DNA from: an uncultured Methanomicrobiales archaeon
GTDB taxonomy: Archaea; Halobacteriota; Methanomicrobia; Methanomicrobiales; Methanospirillaceae
DNA length: 64,000 nt
NCBI GenBank assembly: GCA_963758915.1
Contig: CAVWXH010000003.1
Coordinates: 352,001-416,000, forward strand
Direction: 5' to 3'
Shown: positions 60,842-64,000 of the stretch, piece after piece
Layout of the letters: each line of letters opens with the position of its first letter
How positions within the stretch are numbered: position 1 is the stretch's first letter
The notes under the pieces: generated by a model
Database searches by the model: none
Told to the model about the DNA's origin: nothing
The model's input: only the letters and a program-made list of their open reading frames with translations
Position numbers and translations under genes: made by a program

Positions 60842-62347
60842 ATGAGCAACCCTTTCCTGCGATATGTATTCATCTTCATTGCTGCATTCCTTCTGACCGG
60901 GATGGTCTTTTTTTCCGGTTGCACGAGTACACCACCGGCAACCGGAAACCGCGATGGCTTCGATAATTTTGTCACCGCGAAAATGGCGGAATATGAAGTA
61001 CCGGGTGCCGTTGTCGGGATTGTCGAGAACGATACCGTCGTATACCTGAAAGGGTTCGGTGTACGGGAATTAGGGAAACCAGAAAAGGTTGATCCCGACA
61101 CCCGCTTCCAGATCGCCTCGGTATCCAAGTATGTCACTGCCGGTGCGGTCGGCTCCCTCGTCGACGAGGGGAAACTGGACTGGGACACACCGGTTGTCAC
61201 GTATTTGCCAGGCTTTGCGTTAAAAGACACCTACGCCGGTGAGCATGCGACCCTTCGCGACCTGCTCGCCCACCGCACGGGGTTCCGGGCCTACGATGGC
61301 GACCTGCTGGGCAGGCTCGGGTATTCCAACGACGATATGCTGGAGCGGATGCGCTACCTGGAACCTGGCACCAGTTTCCGGGAGAAGTACGTCTACTCGA
61401 ATGCAGGGTTCTTCATCGCCGGGGAAGCTGCGGCTGCCGTGGACAACCGGAGCTGGGAGGACCTGACCGATGCCCGCATCATCCGGCCGCTCGGCATGAC
61501 GCGGTCAGGTGCTCACCCGGAAACCCTGTACCTCGATGAGAACCACGTCTCCGGCCATGCCGGCTCAGGTGGGGACGTCCACACTATACCCCTCGAAGAA
61601 GCAGGGTTCCCCGCTGCCGGCCAGGTGGTCTCTACCGGCCGGGACATGACGCAATGGCTGCGGATGATGCTGAACAACGGCTCGGTTGACGGAACGCAGG
61701 TCCTCACACCGAAGACGGTCAGAGAGATCCATGCCGCGAGCCTGGTTGCAGGGCATGGAGGGCCTCTTTCCGACCCGAACGGGGCAGTCGGGCTTGGCAG
61801 CGACTCGTACAACTTCCTTGGCGAACGGGTCATCGAGAAGAACGGCGCCCTTGACGGGGTCCGCTCGATCGTGATCCTTATCCCGGGAACGAAGACCGGC
61901 CTTGTCGTCATTGCCAATAAGCAGCTGACGGTCTTCCCGGAAGCGGTCCGGGACGAGTTCCTCGAACGGTACATCGGGAAGAGCGGGGTTGACCTGCAGG
62001 CACGGGAGAAGGCTAACCAGGCAGGGTGGAACTCGCTCATCAAATCCATCGAACGGCCCGCAGATGCAGGCCCGGCAACGATCAGCCCGTCAGCGATCGC
62101 GGGAATGTACAGGAGCGACCTGTACGGGACCATGCAGGTTAACCAGGGATCGGATACCGGGAATATGACCTTCGGGATCGGGCCGGGCCAGTACCCCGGG
62201 ACCCTCATGCACGTGACAAATAACACCTGGTACCTGTCATTCCCGAACCCGGACGACCAGGTAGGCTATCTCACCTTTGCAGCGGATCCGCGAGGTTCTG
62301 TCACCGGGTTTACCTCTACAGAGTTGGGCCCGTTTGCACGGGTGTGA
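60842..62347 (+). CDS. Serine hydrolase (beta-lactamase family) lipoprotein with DUF3471-like C-terminus
   Basis: FSGC lipobox; ASVSK, LLAHRTG, YSN, KNG. Confidence 0.92.
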   Translation: MSNPFLRYVFIFIAAFLLTGMVFFSGCTSTPPATGNRDGFDNFVTAKMAEYEVPGAVVGIVENDTVVYLKGFGVRELGKPEKVDPDTRFQIASVSKYVTAGAVGSLVDEGKLDWDTPVVTYLPGFALKDTYAGEHATLRDLLAHRTGFRAYDGDLLGRLGYSNDDMLERMRYLEPGTSFREKYVYSNAGFFIAGEAAAAVDNRSWEDLTDARIIRPLGMTRSGAHPETLYLDENHVSGHAGSGGDVHTIPLEEAGFPAAGQVVSTGRDMTQWLRMMLNNGSVDGTQVLTPKTVREIHAASLVAGHGGPLSDPNGAVGLGSDSYNFLGERVIEKNGALDGVRSIVILIPGTKTGLVVIANKQLTVFPEAVRDEFLERYIGKSGVDLQAREKANQAGWNSLIKSIERPADAGPATISPSAIAGMYRSDLYGTMQVNQGSDTGNMTFGIGPGQYPGTLMHVTNNTWYLSFPNPDDQVGYLTFAADPRGSVTGFTSTELGPFARV

Positions 62348-62447
62348 CCGGGTGGGCCCCGGGGTCCCCAACTTTTTTTCCTGTAGCGGGTTGCCTGGCA
62401 TTTGCATCCGGGGTCCGAAGGAAACTATTTGGGTCACGGGAGGGAAA

Positions 62448-63089
62448 TCACGGACGCCTGTACTCTGATTCCCAGCTCCCGTCAGCCCACACCTTAAGAA
62501 TATCATAATCCCGCATCCGTGTTGCCTTGCTCATCGCCTGTTTCCGGCTCAGCATCCTCTTCTGGATGAAATCATATTCGCAGACAATTTTTCTGTTCCG
62601 GAGCAATGTTACCCGGATCGGGTGGTGCCGGTACAGGACTTTTTCCAATCCCCGGACATACCATTTTATTCTCTGGAAGGTGAGCCAGTCAAGTTTCATG
62701 GCGAGAGTGGAGTGGAACATGAAGCCTTCGGCAGAATCCAGGTCATAATTTCGTAATGAACAGTAGGGGGAGATTACCCGGGACAGCTGGTACCTGAATT
62801 GCCTTAAGGTGTCGTCAGGAGTAATCGAAACATAAACAACCCTTGTATTGTCAAAAAAACCGTAACCCCCGACCTCGTATTTCGGGATCTTCTCCTGGTC
62901 CATACAAATTCGTGTGAAATCTTCAACGAGTTTTTCTTCATGCTGGGTTGAAAAAGGCCCTGCAAGGGTGATATGCGGGATTACACATTTGTCCCTGATA
63001 TTAAATTTCCCTGATAACTGGTTGCTTAACGTGCTAATCTGGTGCTTCACGGAACCCATCTGGCGGATATCTATCAGATAGTGAGCCAT
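62448..63089 (-). CDS. 2H phosphoesterase (2'-5' RNA ligase family)
   Basis: PHITL and FHSTL motifs. Confidence 0.88.
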   Translation of the reverse strand: MAHYLIDIRQMGSVKHQISTLSNQLSGKFNIRDKCVIPHITLAGPFSTQHEEKLVEDFTRICMDQEKIPKYEVGGYGFFDNTRVVYVSITPDDTLRQFRYQLSRVISPYCSLRNYDLDSAEGFMFHSTLAMKLDWLTFQRIKWYVRGLEKVLYRHHPIRVTLLRNRKIVCEYDFIQKRMLSRKQAMSKATRMRDYDILKVWADGSWESEYRRP

Positions 63090-63409
63090 TTTTCACACCC
63101 TCATACAAGTGGCAACCCGATATATTATAATTACGACTTTGGTGATGGTCAATCTCCATGGCCCAGGTCATACCCCGCCGTCCATATAACCGGGACCAGG
63201 ATCAACCATACGCTATGCCGATCGGTGAATCCTGTCAAAAAGGGAAAATAACCGCGTTATCATTGTTTTTTGTTAGATCTTCGTAGCTGGAATTTGCACG
63301 GGCACGGGTCTCTTATCTAAGCCAGAAGACTTATCTTAAACGTATACAGATTTTGATCACTGGCAGCGGGGGCGAAATATTCACTCTATGCCCGGAGATT
63401 TGGATTTTC

Positions 63410-64000
63410 ATGGCATTACTACAGATTATACCCGGTAATCCGGAACGAAGCACAACAGGAACACCGTTCAGGAAGCCTCCTTTAATCCGGTGGCTCCTCC
63501 TGCTCCTCCTGATTGTTACCCTGGTCGCTGCACCCGTGGCAGCCGCCCCGGGATGGAAGTTCCATGCAGACAACCAGAACACCGGTGTGTACGATGACGG
63601 GGGGAAGAGGCCGGCAGGGGACCTCATCTGGGAATTCGGTACGGGTCATGTGGTGAGGTCCAGCCCCGCGGTGGTGGACGGTACGGTCTACATCGGGGGC
63701 AATGATGGATACCTCTACGCACTCGACGCATCCACCGGGGCGCTCCTCTGGAAGTTCGCGGCTGAACACGGGATACAGACCGGCCCGGCGGTAGCAAACG
63801 GTGTCGTCTATGCGGGGGGATGGAACGGCAACATCTACGCAGTTGACACAGGCAGCGGAGCACTCCTCTGGAACTATACGACGGGTGACAGCGTTATATC
63901 AAGCCCGGCGGTGGCGGACGGTATCGTCTACACCGGAAGCCGGGATGACAATCTCTACGCACTCAACGCGTCCACCGGGACACTCCTCTGGAATTACGCG
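63410..64000 (+). CDS. PQQ-like beta-propeller repeat surface protein (runs off the window)
   Basis: Hand translation: signal, WKFHADNQNTG, repeats SSPAVVDGTVYIGGNDGYLYALDASTGALLW. Confidence 0.88.
   Translation, partial: MALLQIIPGNPERSTTGTPFRKPPLIRWLLLLLLIVTLVAAPVAAAPGWKFHADNQNTGVYDDGGKRPAGDLIWEFGTGHVVRSSPAVVDGTVYIGGNDGYLYALDASTGALLWKFAAEHGIQTGPAVANGVVYAGGWNGNIYAVDTGSGALLWNYTTGDSVISSPAVADGIVYTGSRDDNLYALNASTGTLLWNYA

Noticed and set aside
1-64000. tRNA, rRNA, integrase or transposase genes
   Set aside because: None recognised by eye; tRNAscan-SE/Infernal would be needed to exclude short RNAs formally.

Overview
Archaeal chromosomal window, most likely from a Methanomicrobiales methanogen (Methanoregulaceae/Methanospirillaceae-like). 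Evidence: a DUF3821/PGF-CTERM S-layer-type glycoprotein, archaeal lipoprotein signals, TATA-type promoters and oligo-T terminators. It is mostly accessory cell-envelope content. (i) 1-9.6 kb: a minus-strand cohesin-dockerin locus with a >1489-aa two-cohesin, multi-PKD scaffoldin-like protein, two dockerin-tipped secreted proteins, an 83-bp tandem repeat and a decayed dockerin gene. (ii) A roadblock / V4R-Cache / receiver-coiled-coil signalling cluster. (iii) An ABC transporter whose binding protein appears circularly permuted. (iv) 40-54 kb: a family of secreted beta-rich proteins resembling the Methanospirillum amyloid sheath protein (MspA/SH). There is one cap-less copy and a tandem array of four copies with conserved ends, a highly divergent central ~90-aa domain, a shared 5' leader and an inverted hybrid fragment. 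(v) A 263-bp MITE with terminal inverted repeats and an 8-bp target-site duplication. The rest is transport, hydrolase and housekeeping-type genes. Many single-base frameshifts between ~46.5 and 60.2 kb look like read errors, so pseudogene calls there are provisional. No rRNA, tRNA or CRISPR array was seen. Family assignments come from motif recognition only; no database search was run.
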